A stretch of 64,000 nt of DNA, taken from Verrucomicrobiota bacterium. GTDB taxonomy: Bacteria; Verrucomicrobiota; Verrucomicrobiia; Limisphaerales; BJHT01. A program made the translations under genes and the position numbers. The notes beneath the pieces were generated by a model. That model was given only the letters and a program-made list of their open reading frames with translations. It was not told the DNA's origin and did not search any database. Where the stretch lies: assembly GCA_014193395.1 (NCBI GenBank), contig BJHT01000005.1, forward strand, positions 1,035 to 65,034. Reading direction: 5' to 3'. Shown piece after piece: positions 38,661 through 49,500 of this stretch. Within the stretch, counting starts at the first letter, position 1. Each line of letters begins with the position of its first letter.

Positions 38661-38768
38661 ACCACTAACCGGCACTAACTGGCACTAATAAAATGCTCGG
38701 AGCGACTTAATTTCGTGGATGCGGCTCAGCCCGGTTCTCTTTAGTGCGGGTTAGTGCCGGTTAGTGGT
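38661..38768. repeat. CACTAAC 10-bp-period triple-repeat inverted element
   Basis: accactaaccggcactaactggcactaa / ttagtgcgggttagtgccggttagtggt, 26/28; 52-bp spacer. Confidence 0.9.
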
Positions 38769-38998
38769 TTCCAGTCCCTACCTCAGAATTTCCGCCTAAC
38801 TCAGTCAGTATCCGGCTGCTGTTGTTGCGCCATCCCGGTTTGCGTCAATTTCCATCCGTGACGGCGATCCGATTTGCCCGTGGTCTGCGGGCTTCTTCAC
38901 CAACGCCTTGCTGCAGAAGCGGGCCGCGACCGGTGGTCCTGAACTTCGATGAAAACAATTTCCAATTCGATGTGGGCTGCCAGCATCGCGGCTTGAAA

Positions 38999-41470
38999 AT
39001 GCAAACAAAGCTCGGGAGCAGAAACGTGGGGCGCCCCAGTCAGTGGGCGGTACAGCTATTGGTTGGGATTGCGTTGTGGCTGGCGCGCGCAGCGGACCTG
39101 ACAGCCGAAACGCTGAAGTTTGAGCCAGAGCGCAAGGGGGTCGCTGCGGTGATCGACCCGGCGGCATCCGGCAAAAGGGCGGTGGCCATCAATGTCGAGG
39201 CGGAGTCAGGGAAGGTGGTGCTCGGCATGGTGAAGAAGCCGCTGGCTCCGGGGTTGTATCGCTTCACTCCGCGGGTGCGATGGCATCTGCCGGCGGATTA
39301 TGATCAGTCGCGGCTCCGACTGACACTTAACTTTGTCGTGGAGGGCAAGCTGGTCACACAGATACCGATGCTGTGGCCACACTTCAATTCGCGTCCCGGA
39401 GTTTACACGGAGTTTCCCATGCAACTCTCCTTCACCAGACCCACCACACCGACCATTGAGCTAGCGTGGTCTGTCGCCGCCGTGCCCGCCGGAGAGCGCC
39501 CGCGGCTCGTGCGGCCGATGAAGGGGCCGTCCATTGATGAGACTGGCACTAAGTCGCCTCCGAAGATCAAAGGTTCACCGGACCTCGGCGATCTGGTGGG
39601 TGAGCTTCAGGCCGATGTGGCGGTGTCACTGGCGGGCATTACTTACCCGGCCGTGCTGGCGGACCAACTCACCATCACTCCTGAGACTACCACCCTCTCG
39701 GTCGAGAAGGTCTGGCCTGAGAAGGTCCATGTTTATCCCGGAGAAGCCAACCCCGTAGAAGTAACTCTTCGTAACTACCAAAGCCGTCCCGAGACGGCGC
39801 TGGTGCGGCTGGAAATCCGCACTGGACTCGCCGAAATCTCGGCACCGCAGGAAACGCAAGTCACCGTTCCCGCCGGCGGCACGGCACAGCATAGCTTCCA
39901 GTGGAAATCAGGGAAACGAGAGTACGGGCACGAGGCGCATGTCACGATCGTGGCGGGCGGCAAGACCGTGCATGAGGCGGCGGAGTATTTCTCGGTCGGC
40001 GCTCCCATCTGGAAGACAGCCGTGCAAGGCAGTGGCTTTCTTACTTGGTTCGGGCGGGAGTTCCAGTTTCCCGAGCATGTGGAATCCAACCGTCGCGCCT
40101 ATATCAACGTGGAGGAGGCCTTTAGCTGGCAGCCGAGCAGTTGGACTGACCTGAATCCCACCGGGGAAGACTGGTGGACCGGACAGGGCAACGCCCACAA
40201 CAGTCTCAAGGGTCTGCGTCAGTGGATGGGTCTGAGTCACTCCAATGGGATCAAACTGATCACCTACTCCTGGCCCAGCGCCAGCGGCCCGGCGGGGATC
40301 GAGTGGGGACGGAGGCATCCGGACTTGGTCACTCATGCCCAGATCGGTCTGGCGAGTGAGTTTCACGATGTCGAGGACCTCCGGCTCTATGACCTGCTGC
40401 ATACAAACCTGATCTACAAAGGCTACCAATACGGGGTGTGGCACGGGTTTGGCATCAATCGCGGCTATCTCAAGACCATTGATCTGGGAGCCGAAGAAAT
40501 CATCAAATCCGCGCGCAACTTCGGCTGGGATGGCGTGCGGTTCGACTCACCCCCCGGCTGGAGTGCGATGGGTGCGGAGGATGTGCATGAGGAATTCAAG
40601 CGGATGAAAGTCGCCGATAAGATCGCCGGACTCCTGCCGGAGTTCATGGGGGTGAAGACGGGCGACTGGGATGACCTGGCCATCTCGACCCGCAACGTGC
40701 GCTGGCTGCGGCATAGGTTTCAAACCGAAGTCGGCAAACCTTTCGCCATCTCCTATAACTACGGTGTGGACGTGGGTGCCGACGGAAAGGCAGGACGGCC
40801 GCTGGACTTCTTCCGCGAGTGCTGCAAGGACGGTGGCCAAATCATGCACGAGGCGATCCGGCTCTCGGGAAGCTGGGAGTCCTATCGTAAGACGGTTCTT
40901 CAGCAGGCCGAGGTGGCGCGGCAGAATGGCGGCTTCCACACTGTCTTCCACCCTGACCGGGCGGCGGACTGGGGCCGCAACTTCTCGGCGATCTTCACCT
41001 TTGCCTCCGGTTCCCATCCGTATGGGAACTACGGCTGGGGACCGAAGCTGGTCGGGGCATACAGTCAGTTGATGACCCGCTACGGTGAGTACTGCTGGGA
41101 TCTCGCGCTCACACCAATTCCGGCCGATAAGTCGGGAGTTACCGTCCAAAGTCAGTCACCGCTGCTGTGGCAAGACTATGTTCGGCAGCGCACCATGTCG
41201 GATGGATCAATCCAGACCGTCGCGCATCTGATTACCCCGCCACCTATGGATGCCGTGGTCCCCGGCGGCAAGCTCGGCGCTTTCGCACCGTGGCAAAAGG
41301 ACGTGATGGTGAAAAGGAAAGGCACGACCAAGCCGTCCGTCTGGCTGCTAAGCGCGGAGCCGTCAACCCGCGCTGAACTGCTGACCGTGCGACAGGACGG
41401 TGATGCTTTCGCCGTGACCGTGCCCGAGCATCGGCTCTGGAGCATGCTGGTTTGGACGGAGGCGAAGTAG
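38999..41470 (+). CDS. Secreted GH66-like (dextranase-type TIM barrel) hypothetical protein
   Basis: Signal peptide; VYPGE..V.V beta-domain; YINVEEAFSW; FGWDGVRFDS; start 38999 preferred over TTG 38822. Confidence 0.45.
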   Translation: MQTKLGSRNVGRPSQWAVQLLVGIALWLARAADLTAETLKFEPERKGVAAVIDPAASGKRAVAINVEAESGKVVLGMVKKPLAPGLYRFTPRVRWHLPADYDQSRLRLTLNFVVEGKLVTQIPMLWPHFNSRPGVYTEFPMQLSFTRPTTPTIELAWSVAAVPAGERPRLVRPMKGPSIDETGTKSPPKIKGSPDLGDLVGELQADVAVSLAGITYPAVLADQLTITPETTTLSVEKVWPEKVHVYPGEANPVEVTLRNYQSRPETALVRLEIRTGLAEISAPQETQVTVPAGGTAQHSFQWKSGKREYGHEAHVTIVAGGKTVHEAAEYFSVGAPIWKTAVQGSGFLTWFGREFQFPEHVESNRRAYINVEEAFSWQPSSWTDLNPTGEDWWTGQGNAHNSLKGLRQWMGLSHSNGIKLITYSWPSASGPAGIEWGRRHPDLVTHAQIGLASEFHDVEDLRLYDLLHTNLIYKGYQYGVWHGFGINRGYLKTIDLGAEEIIKSARNFGWDGVRFDSPPGWSAMGAEDVHEEFKRMKVADKIAGLLPEFMGVKTGDWDDLAISTRNVRWLRHRFQTEVGKPFAISYNYGVDVGADGKAGRPLDFFRECCKDGGQIMHEAIRLSGSWESYRKTVLQQAEVARQNGGFHTVFHPDRAADWGRNFSAIFTFASGSHPYGNYGWGPKLVGAYSQLMTRYGEYCWDLALTPIPADKSGVTVQSQSPLLWQDYVRQRTMSDGSIQTVAHLITPPPMDAVVPGGKLGAFAPWQKDVMVKRKGTTKPSVWLLSAEPSTRAELLTVRQDGDAFAVTVPEHRLWSMLVWTEAK

Positions 41471-41473
41471 AAA

Positions 41474-43222
41474 GTGCCAATCATGAAACTGAACCTCATA
41501 CGGACCGCGGTGTTGGGCTTTGCGCTAGCCCGATTGATACTCGATGTGAACCCGGCCGTGGCGGCGGAGGCGGGTAAGGAGGCATGGGTTTGGAAGCCTT
41601 CGCTCCTGCCCAAGGCGCTCGTCCTTGAAGGTCTCTGGACAGACTACTTTCGCGTGACTCCCGCCTTGCACGATGCGGGAATTCGTTACCACCAGAGTTA
41701 TGTCTCGCGCAGTCCGTATTTTGGTGGCTACACGCGGTTCTATCATCTGCCGGCGATCGATGAGTTGAAGAGTTACTCGGTCATCGTCATCGCCAATCTG
41801 GATGCACCCTCGCTCAATGCGGAGAGATTGAAGGCCTATCGCGAGTTTGTCGCGCAGGGCGGTGGGCTTGTGGTGCTGGGAGGTTACTGGGCCTTTAGTC
41901 GCGGAGCTTACGCCGGGACGCCGCTGGAAGAGATGCTGCCGGCGACCTTTGCACCGGAACATCGTATTCCAGAGACTCCCGAAGGTCTGCCGCTGCATCC
42001 CGGTGCGCAGGCGACTTGGAAGCCACCGATCGAGTTGAAGTCCAAGCCGGTGGCTTTCTATGTGCAGACTCTCACTCCCAAGCCGGATAGCACGGTGCAA
42101 TGGCTCGCGGGAGACAAGCCCGCACTCGTATCGGGAAGCTTCGGCAAGGGTCGGGTGGTGGCCTGTGCTTTGACTGCCAATGGGGAGACACCGGCGGGAG
42201 TTATGCCGTTCTGGGACTGGCCGGAGTGGCCGAAGCTACTGGGTCAGGCATTGGACTGGGCGGCGGGCGCGCGCCCGACGGTTCGTCCCGCAACGGGCGC
42301 GGTGAAGCCACATCTGACCGACGACGAGATGAGTGCGCTGACTTTGGGCGGGGTAGTTACTCCTGACATGGTCCGCCGCATTAGTGAGCGTCCGAATTCG
42401 GAGACAGTCGAGGCATTGTTCCAGCATGTCATGCGTCCAGAGGGTGGCGGCAAGGTGGATCTCGCGATGGTTGTGCCAACTTTGTTGCCATTTGTCCGAG
42501 TGGAATGGGGCGTGAAACTCAAAGAGTCACTCAAACAGTTCAGTCCCGATCTCAAGAGCCGGCAGGCCGCGCTGATTCTGCTGGGCGCCTCGCGTGATCC
42601 CGGGGCTTACCCGTTGCTCGTGCAAGCGCTGCAGAGTGAGGAGACTAGGGAGGCGGCGATGAATGGTCTGGGTCGGTTGGGCAGGGCGGAGGCGGTGCCA
42701 CTTATCCTTAAGTTGCTAAGCCGGGCGGAGGCGGCGTGCAAGGTCGCCGCCAGTGCGGACACTCCCGGCCCCAGCGTTTTCGCGTCCGATCAGGGGAGCA
42801 CGATTGTGGAGGCGGCGATTGCACTCTACCGGCTCGGCGAGCCGGAGGCCGTGCCGCGGATGCTGGAAGTCTATGCGCAGGTGCATTTACTCACTCGGAT
42901 TTTTGAGAATGCGGTAAAACGGAGAGTCTCGGACACGGACCCGCAAGGGATCGGAATTCTGAAGCGCCTGCATCAAGGTTTGGAGAAGCTGGTGCTGATG
43001 CGGGAGAAACTCCGCGCCGAGGCCGGGCCGCTGCCCGAGACACAGCGCGCCGCCTTTCTCAAAGCGGCGGCGGAGGCGAAGGACCCGGTGGCCGTGGAAT
43101 GGCTGTGTCTCGCAATGGAACAGTCCGCCGGGTCACTGCCCGCGACTACTTGGGAGCCACTCATCATGGCGCGCGACGGAATTATCGCGCGGATGAGCCG
43201 GGCACTTGCAGGTGGCAGGTAG
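41474..43222 (+). CDS. GATase1-like (DUF1355-type) domain + HEAT-like repeats, secreted
   Basis: YSVIVIAN, FVAQGGGLVVLGG, GTPLEEMLP, FGKGRV; helical AAMNGLGRLGRAEAVPLI repeats. Confidence 0.7.
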   Translation: MPIMKLNLIRTAVLGFALARLILDVNPAVAAEAGKEAWVWKPSLLPKALVLEGLWTDYFRVTPALHDAGIRYHQSYVSRSPYFGGYTRFYHLPAIDELKSYSVIVIANLDAPSLNAERLKAYREFVAQGGGLVVLGGYWAFSRGAYAGTPLEEMLPATFAPEHRIPETPEGLPLHPGAQATWKPPIELKSKPVAFYVQTLTPKPDSTVQWLAGDKPALVSGSFGKGRVVACALTANGETPAGVMPFWDWPEWPKLLGQALDWAAGARPTVRPATGAVKPHLTDDEMSALTLGGVVTPDMVRRISERPNSETVEALFQHVMRPEGGGKVDLAMVVPTLLPFVRVEWGVKLKESLKQFSPDLKSRQAALILLGASRDPGAYPLLVQALQSEETREAAMNGLGRLGRAEAVPLILKLLSRAEAACKVAASADTPGPSVFASDQGSTIVEAAIALYRLGEPEAVPRMLEVYAQVHLLTRIFENAVKRRVSDTDPQGIGILKRLHQGLEKLVLMREKLRAEAGPLPETQRAAFLKAAAEAKDPVAVEWLCLAMEQSAGSLPATTWEPLIMARDGIIARMSRALAGGR

Positions 43223-43294
43223 AAAGGCAAGGGAGCGACAAAACTCTGACGCTCCGTAAGCAGGATACCCGCTACGCGCGCGTTCGTCGGCGCT

Positions 43295-43393
43295 CTCTCT
43301 GGTTTCTTCCGATTGCTGCGGTGTTTTGAGAAAACGCACTGAGGGTGGGGGCGTGGAGTGGAACACCGCAAGAGATCGGAAGAAACGCAGAGA
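43295..43393. repeat. CGCAGAG-family inverted repeat, copy 3
   Basis: ctctctggtttcttccgattgctgcggtgtt / gaacaccgcaagagatcggaagaaacgcagaga; spacer homologous to copy 1. Confidence 0.8.
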
Positions 43394-43469
43394 AGGGAAG
43401 GGAAAACCAACCGCGGTCGCCGGCAGGCGTCAGCACATTCGAAGCGATGCACGCGAGGCGGCCGAGTCG

Positions 43470-43494
43470 GGCAGGGGAATTTGGGCCAAGGAAT
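43470..43494 (+). repeat. Solo GRC-N5-AAT arm
   Basis: ggcaggggaat / ggccaaggaat, 14-bp period. Confidence 0.5.
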
Positions 43495-43507
43495 GGGAGG
43501 GAACGAT

Positions 43508-43528
43508 GTGGGGACGGGCCGTCCCCAC
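43508..43528 (-). terminator. GC-rich hairpin just after the giant gene stop (terminator or GTGG REP)
   Basis: gtggggacgg-g-ccgtccccac; no clear U-tract. Confidence 0.4.
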
Positions 43529-43533
43529 CCCAC

Positions 43534-46500
43534 TCAGAGTTTGACCACCCGGTAGAAGCGGCGGCGCATCGACGGGGACGAAGGATCGGTGAAGGTGGAC
43601 TGGCCGTTGAGGTTGTTGGTCACGGTGGCCACCACGGTCCAGGTCACGAAGTCGGTCGTGGCTTCAATGCGGTAGTTGCCGAGCGGCAGGCCCTGAAGGT
43701 TGAGCTGGAATGGCCCGGTGCGGGTGGCGGTGAGGGGCGCGAGGGCGGCGACGTTCGGGGTGCCGTTCAGGCGGGCGACGTGGTTGCGGGGGACGCCGTC
43801 GAAGTGCGTGAAGTCGCCGCCGAGGAAGACCTTGCCATCCAGGCCGAGTGTCACCGAGTAAACGATGCCGTCGGCACCGGCACCGGGGTCGAAGGTCAGG
43901 TCCACCAGGCCATCGGGAGTCAACCGGGCGATGCGCGACCGGGGCACGCCGGTGACGCGGCTGAAGTCGCCGGCGACGATGATCTGACCGTTGGGCTGGA
44001 GCACCGCCGTGAGGACCGAGCCGTCAATCGATGGGGCAAAGCCGGTGTCCAATGCACCGTTGGTTTCGAAGCGGGCAACGAAGCTGCGGACGGCGAGATT
44101 GGTGATCGGGAAGGGCGACGGCGGCAGCGACTGCCCGAAGACACCCACCGCGATGATCCGGCCATCGAAGGGTTGGATCGTCACCCCCAGCGCGGCCGCA
44201 TCCAGCACGGTGCCGGGGTTGAAGTTGGTGTCGAGCGAGCCGTTGGCGTTCAGCCGGGCGAGGTAGTTGCGGTTGGTGCCGTTGTAGCGGGTGAACGCGC
44301 CGGCGATGACGATCTTCCCGTCCGGCTGCACCGCGATGTCGAACACGGACTGATCGGCGGCGGCGAGGAACCGGTTCGGCCCGTTGGAGGCCCCGAAGGT
44401 CGTGTCGAACGAGCCGCTGGAGTTGAGCCGCGCGATGTTGGTCAGCGCGTAGCGGTTGGTGATCGCGACGGAATTGCTCACCACGACGTTGGTGACCACC
44501 ATGCTGAACATGCCGCCAATAAGCACCTTGCCGTCGGGCTGCCGCGCCAGGGCGATCACGGGGCCGCCCGCGCCGGTGTTCGGGGTGAAGCTCGTGTCGA
44601 GCGAGCCATCCGCGTTCAGGCGGGCGACGTGATTACGGATGTAGCCGGTCTGGGAGACGTAGGTGAAGTCGCCGCCGATGAGCACCTTGCCGTCGGCCTG
44701 GAGGACCATCGCGCGCACGGCGTCGTTCGGTCCGGCTCCGGGGTTGAAGGTGGCATCCAGCGAGCCATCGCTGTTCAACCGGGCGATGTTGTTCAGCACC
44801 GGGTAATTCGTGACCGGGACGCCGCCGACCACCACGACGTTGGTGAAGACGACGCGGAAGGAACCGCCGACGAGCAGTTTTCCATCCGGCTGCGCGACGA
44901 CCGAGAAGACCGAGCCGTTGGTGATCCACGTCGTGGGATCGAAGCGGTAGTCGTTCCCCGACGGCGTGTCGTTGTCGAGGATGCTGACGGTCGCATTGCT
45001 GAACGCGCCCAGTTTCGCCCCGGTGGTCGGGTCAATGATGCGGAGGGTGACCGTGAAGGTTTCGGTCGGTTCGATCAGGCGGTCGTCGATGATCGGGACC
45101 ACGATGAAGCTCGCGAGCACGCCCGGCGCGAAGACGAGCGTGCCGCTGGCCGCAACATAATCGGAGCCGCCGATGGCGGTGCCATCCACCGTTTGATAAG
45201 TGAGGCTGACGGTCCCGGCGGCTCCGGAGGTGCGCACGACGGTGAGCACGGCATTGGTCGCGTCTTCGAGCACGATGTACGCGGCGGCGGTGAAGGCGAA
45301 GGTGCCGGCGTTGTCGGAAATGGTGAGGGTCGCCGTCGTGATCGGCCCGAGGGTGACGCCCGCGCTGGGCAGCGAAAGGATGAGCGGCACGGTCTCAGAA
45401 CCCTCGACGACATTGTCGAGCACGACGGTCACATTGAAAACATTGGTGAGAATGCCGGGGCCGAAGACGACCGGACCGTTGGTGGCCACGTAATCCGCGC
45501 CCGCGGTGGCGGTGCCGACGCCGGTGGAGACATTCACGGACACGGCGCGATTCGTGGCCCCGAGGCGCACGAGGGAGATGTTCGCGATGCCGGCGGCCTC
45601 GCTCACCGCGTAGTTGGCGAGCGCAAAGCCGACCTGCGCGTCGTTGTCGAGGATGGTCACGGTGGCGTTGCTGAGCGCGCCAAGGAAGGCGAGGCCGGCG
45701 GGCTGCGGGTTGCTCAACTGCACGGTGAAGGTCTCGTCGCTCTCGGGCAACGCATCATCGCTGATGACCACGCTGAAGGACTTGGAGGTATCACCGGCGT
45801 CGAAACGCAAAACACCGTTGGTCGCCTGATAGTCGCTCGAACTCAGCGCCGTACCGTCCATCGTCTGGAAAACCACCGAGTTCGTTCCCGTCAAAGAGCC
45901 CGTCCGTAACACGGTGATGATCGCCGAACCGGCGGCCTCGCCGACCGAGAAGTTCGCCGCCGAGAAGAGGAAGCCGCTGTCGTTGTCGAGAATGGTCAAC
46001 ACGGCGGTGTTGGTGACGCCCAACTGCACGCTGTTGGTCGGGAACGGATTGAGCAGGCGCAGATTCACGGTGCGACTGCCATCCACGCGGGTGTTGCCGA
46101 GGACCGGCACGGGGACGTCGCGGAAGATTTCGCCGGGGCCAAACGCAAATGAATTGGTGAAGCCGGTGTAGTCGATGCCGTTGGTGCCCGATCCGTCGCG
46201 GGTGGCGACCTGGAAGGTGACCGCCGAGTTCGTGTTGCCAGTCCGCACGACGAGCACATGGCCGTTGCCCGCGTCCTCGTCCACGGCGAAGCGGTTGGTG
46301 CTGAAGGCGAGGACGACGTCATTGTCCACGATGGTGAGAACCGCACTGGACAAGGCTCCGAGCGCCGAGCCGAGGCTCGGGTTGGAGAGCGTCAGGCGGA
46401 TCTGTTCGTCCACCTCGAGCAGCGAATCGTCAATGATGGGCACCAGGAAGTTCGTGGTCTGCACCTTCGGAACATTGCCCGGACCGGCGTCAGGGAACAC

Positions 46501-49500
46501 GAGCGAACCGTTGGTGACGAGGTAGTCAAGGCCCGCGACCGCAGTGATGTCCGAGACCGCGAAGGCCACCGTAGCCCGCCCGGCATTCAAGCCCGTGCGG
46601 CGGACGGTGATGACGGCGTTGGTCTCGCCTTCGCCGACGCGGAAGGCGTCCGATGTAAATTCGAAACGTCCGCCGAAGACCACGTCGTCCACGATGGTGA
46701 GCGTCGCTGCCGCCAGCCCGAGCGCCGCGCCGCCGGTCGGATTCGCGAGCGTTAGGCTCAGCGGTTCGTCGCCTTCGATCAATTGATCGGCGAAAATCGG
46801 CACGGTGAAGGTCTTCACGATTTCGCCATCGGCGAACGCCAGCGTGCCCTGCGTGAGGAGGAAGTCCACATTCGGCCCGCCGACCACGCCGCCGATGGCG
46901 CCGTTGGGCACCGCGACCGTGGCGTAATTCACCGAGACCGCGCCCGAACGGCCGAGCGTGCGCACGACCGTGATGGTCGCGGACCCGCCGGTCTCGAGCA
47001 CCGAGAACGCGTTGGTGGCGAAGCCGAGCGTGCCGCTGCCGCCGTCGTTATCAATGATGACGAGGGTCGCGTTGGTGAACTGGCCCGGAGCGGCGAAGCT
47101 GCCGAATGCGGCGGGAATGGACAGCGTGAGGGGAATCGTCTCGTTGCCCTCGACCAAGCCGTCGTCGGTGATCGACACGGTGAAGGTGGCGTTGCTCTGG
47201 CCGCTGGTGAACGAGACCGTGGTCACAACCGCCGTGAAATCGGTCCCGGCGAGGGCGGTGCCGTTGGTGCCGGTGGCGACATCGACGGTCAGGTTTTCGA
47301 CCACGCCGCCGGTGCGAACGACGGTGATGACGGCGTTGCCGACGTTCTCGGCGACGTTGTAAACCGCGGCGCTGAAGCTCACGAGGCAGTCCTTTTCCTG
47401 AATCGAAACCGTGGTGTCCGTAATGGCGTCGAGGACCGCGCCGCCGCCCGCACTGCTCAGGTTCAGCACAATGGTCTGGTCGGGCCGGATGAGGTGGTCG
47501 TCGAGCAGCCGGATCGCAAAATCGGCGGTGGCCTGGCCCTCGGCGAAGACGAGGATGTTGGTGGTGAGCGGGACGTAATTAATGTTCGGAACCGCCGTCC
47601 CGCCGGTGACGTTCAGCGCGACGGTGACCTGGCCGAACGTGCCGCCCGAGCGGGTGACGGTGACCACCGCGTTCGAGGCGCTCTCGCTGACCTGATAGAG
47701 CGGCGCGCTGAACGCCAGCGTGCCGCTGCCGACATTGTCGCCGCCGAACAGCCGCGCGAGGTAGTTGTTCGTCGCACCGTTGAACCGGGTGAAAGCGCCG
47801 CCCAGCAGAATTTTCCCGTCGCCCTGCAGGGCGAGGGAGGTGACGAGATTGTTCGCACCCAAGCCCACATTTAGCGACGCGTCGAGCGAACCATCCGCAT
47901 TCAGGCGGGCGATGCGGCTGCGACCGATGCTGTTCACGTTCGCAAAAGAACCGCCGAGGAGCACCTTGCCATCCGGCTGCACGGCGACGGCGGAGACGGA
48001 ATCATCCGCACCGGTGCCGGCGAAGAACGTGGTGTCGAGCGAGCCGTCGGCATTGAGCCGCACGACGCCGCCCATGTTGGTCTGGAGGCCCGGCCCGCCG
48101 GCAGCGAGGAACTGGCCACCGACGAGCACCTTGCCATCCGTCTGAATCGCGACGGAGTACACCGAGCCGGTGATCGACAGGCCGAACGGAACGAAGCTCG
48201 CATCGAGCGAGCCGTCGGTGTTGAGGCGGGCGAGGTGATTCCAATTGCTCAGGCTGTTCACCGAGGTGAAGTCGCCGCCGATGATGACCTTGCCATCGTT
48301 CTGAATCGCGACCGCGCGCACCGGTCCGTCGGGACCGACCTGCGGATCGAAGCTGGCATCAACGCCGCCGGTGGCTGTCAGGCGCGCCACGAAACTGCGA
48401 TTGGTGGTGTTCACGGTCGTGAAGGTGCCGCCAATCACGACGCGGCCGTCGGCCTGCACGGCGACGGCGTAAACGCCATTGTTGGGACCGGCCAGCGAGT
48501 TCGTGAACGAGGCATCGACCGCGCCGTTGACATCCAGCCGTGCGACGTGGTTCAGCGCGCGTCCGCCGATGGAATTGAAGAAGCCGGCCACGACCACCTG
48601 GCCCGCGTAGAAGCCGTTGGTGTGCGGTGCAACCGCGCGAATCGAGGCCACGCCGGACGCGAACGAAACCGCCCCCGCGTTGAAGCTTTGGTCCAGCGTG
48701 CCATCGTCATTCACCCGCGCCACGCGGGAACGAGTGATGCCGTCGAAGGAATTGAACTCACCGCCGATGATCAACTGCCCGTTCCCTTGCAGGCCGAGCG
48801 AGTAAACGATCGCGTCCGGCCCGAGGCCGTTGGTGTAGGAGGAATCAATCGATCCGGCCGCGCCTTCGTCGTCGGCGATCCGCACCAGCGCGTTGGTCAG
48901 GCCCGGGACCGCGCCGACGAAGCCAGAGAGGCGGACCTGGAAGAAACGCGAGCCGTCCAGAATCGCATTGTCGAGGAGCGGCACCGCGAAGGTCTGCGTG
49001 GTCTGGCCGTTGGTGAACGTCAGCACGCCGTTCGTCGCCGTGTAGTGGCTACCCGCGAACGCGGTGGCATCAGCAGTGTTGAAGCTCACCGACACAGGCC
49101 CGGTGATGCCATTGGTCCGCACGACGGTGACGGTGGCGTTAGTGCCGTTCTCGACGGCGGCGAACACCGTCTGCGCAAACCCGAGCGCGCCCGGCAGGGC
49201 GTCCTCGTTGGTGATCGTGATGAAGGCACGCCCCGGCGTGCCAACGCTCGCGCCACCCGTGACATTCGTCAGCACGACCTCGAGCGCCCGCGAGCCGTCC
49301 ACGAGTGCGTTGTTGAGCAACGGCACCGCAATGAAGCGGCTGCTCCCGTCGAGATTCCCCCACACCAGAATGCCGCTCACAGGGACGTAGTCGTTGGTGG
49401 TCGCAACGGTTTCGTTGGTCGTCGGCGTCGCGCCGGCGAGCGTCGTGAAAAACACCGTCACCGCGTTGGTCAGGCCGCCGATGCGCCGGACTTCAAGCAC

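Noticed and set aside
27707-38768. Short periodic repeats as CRISPR or guide arrays
   Set aside because: Only 2-3 units of 9-15 bp in inverted pairs; no unique spacers and no cas-like genes.
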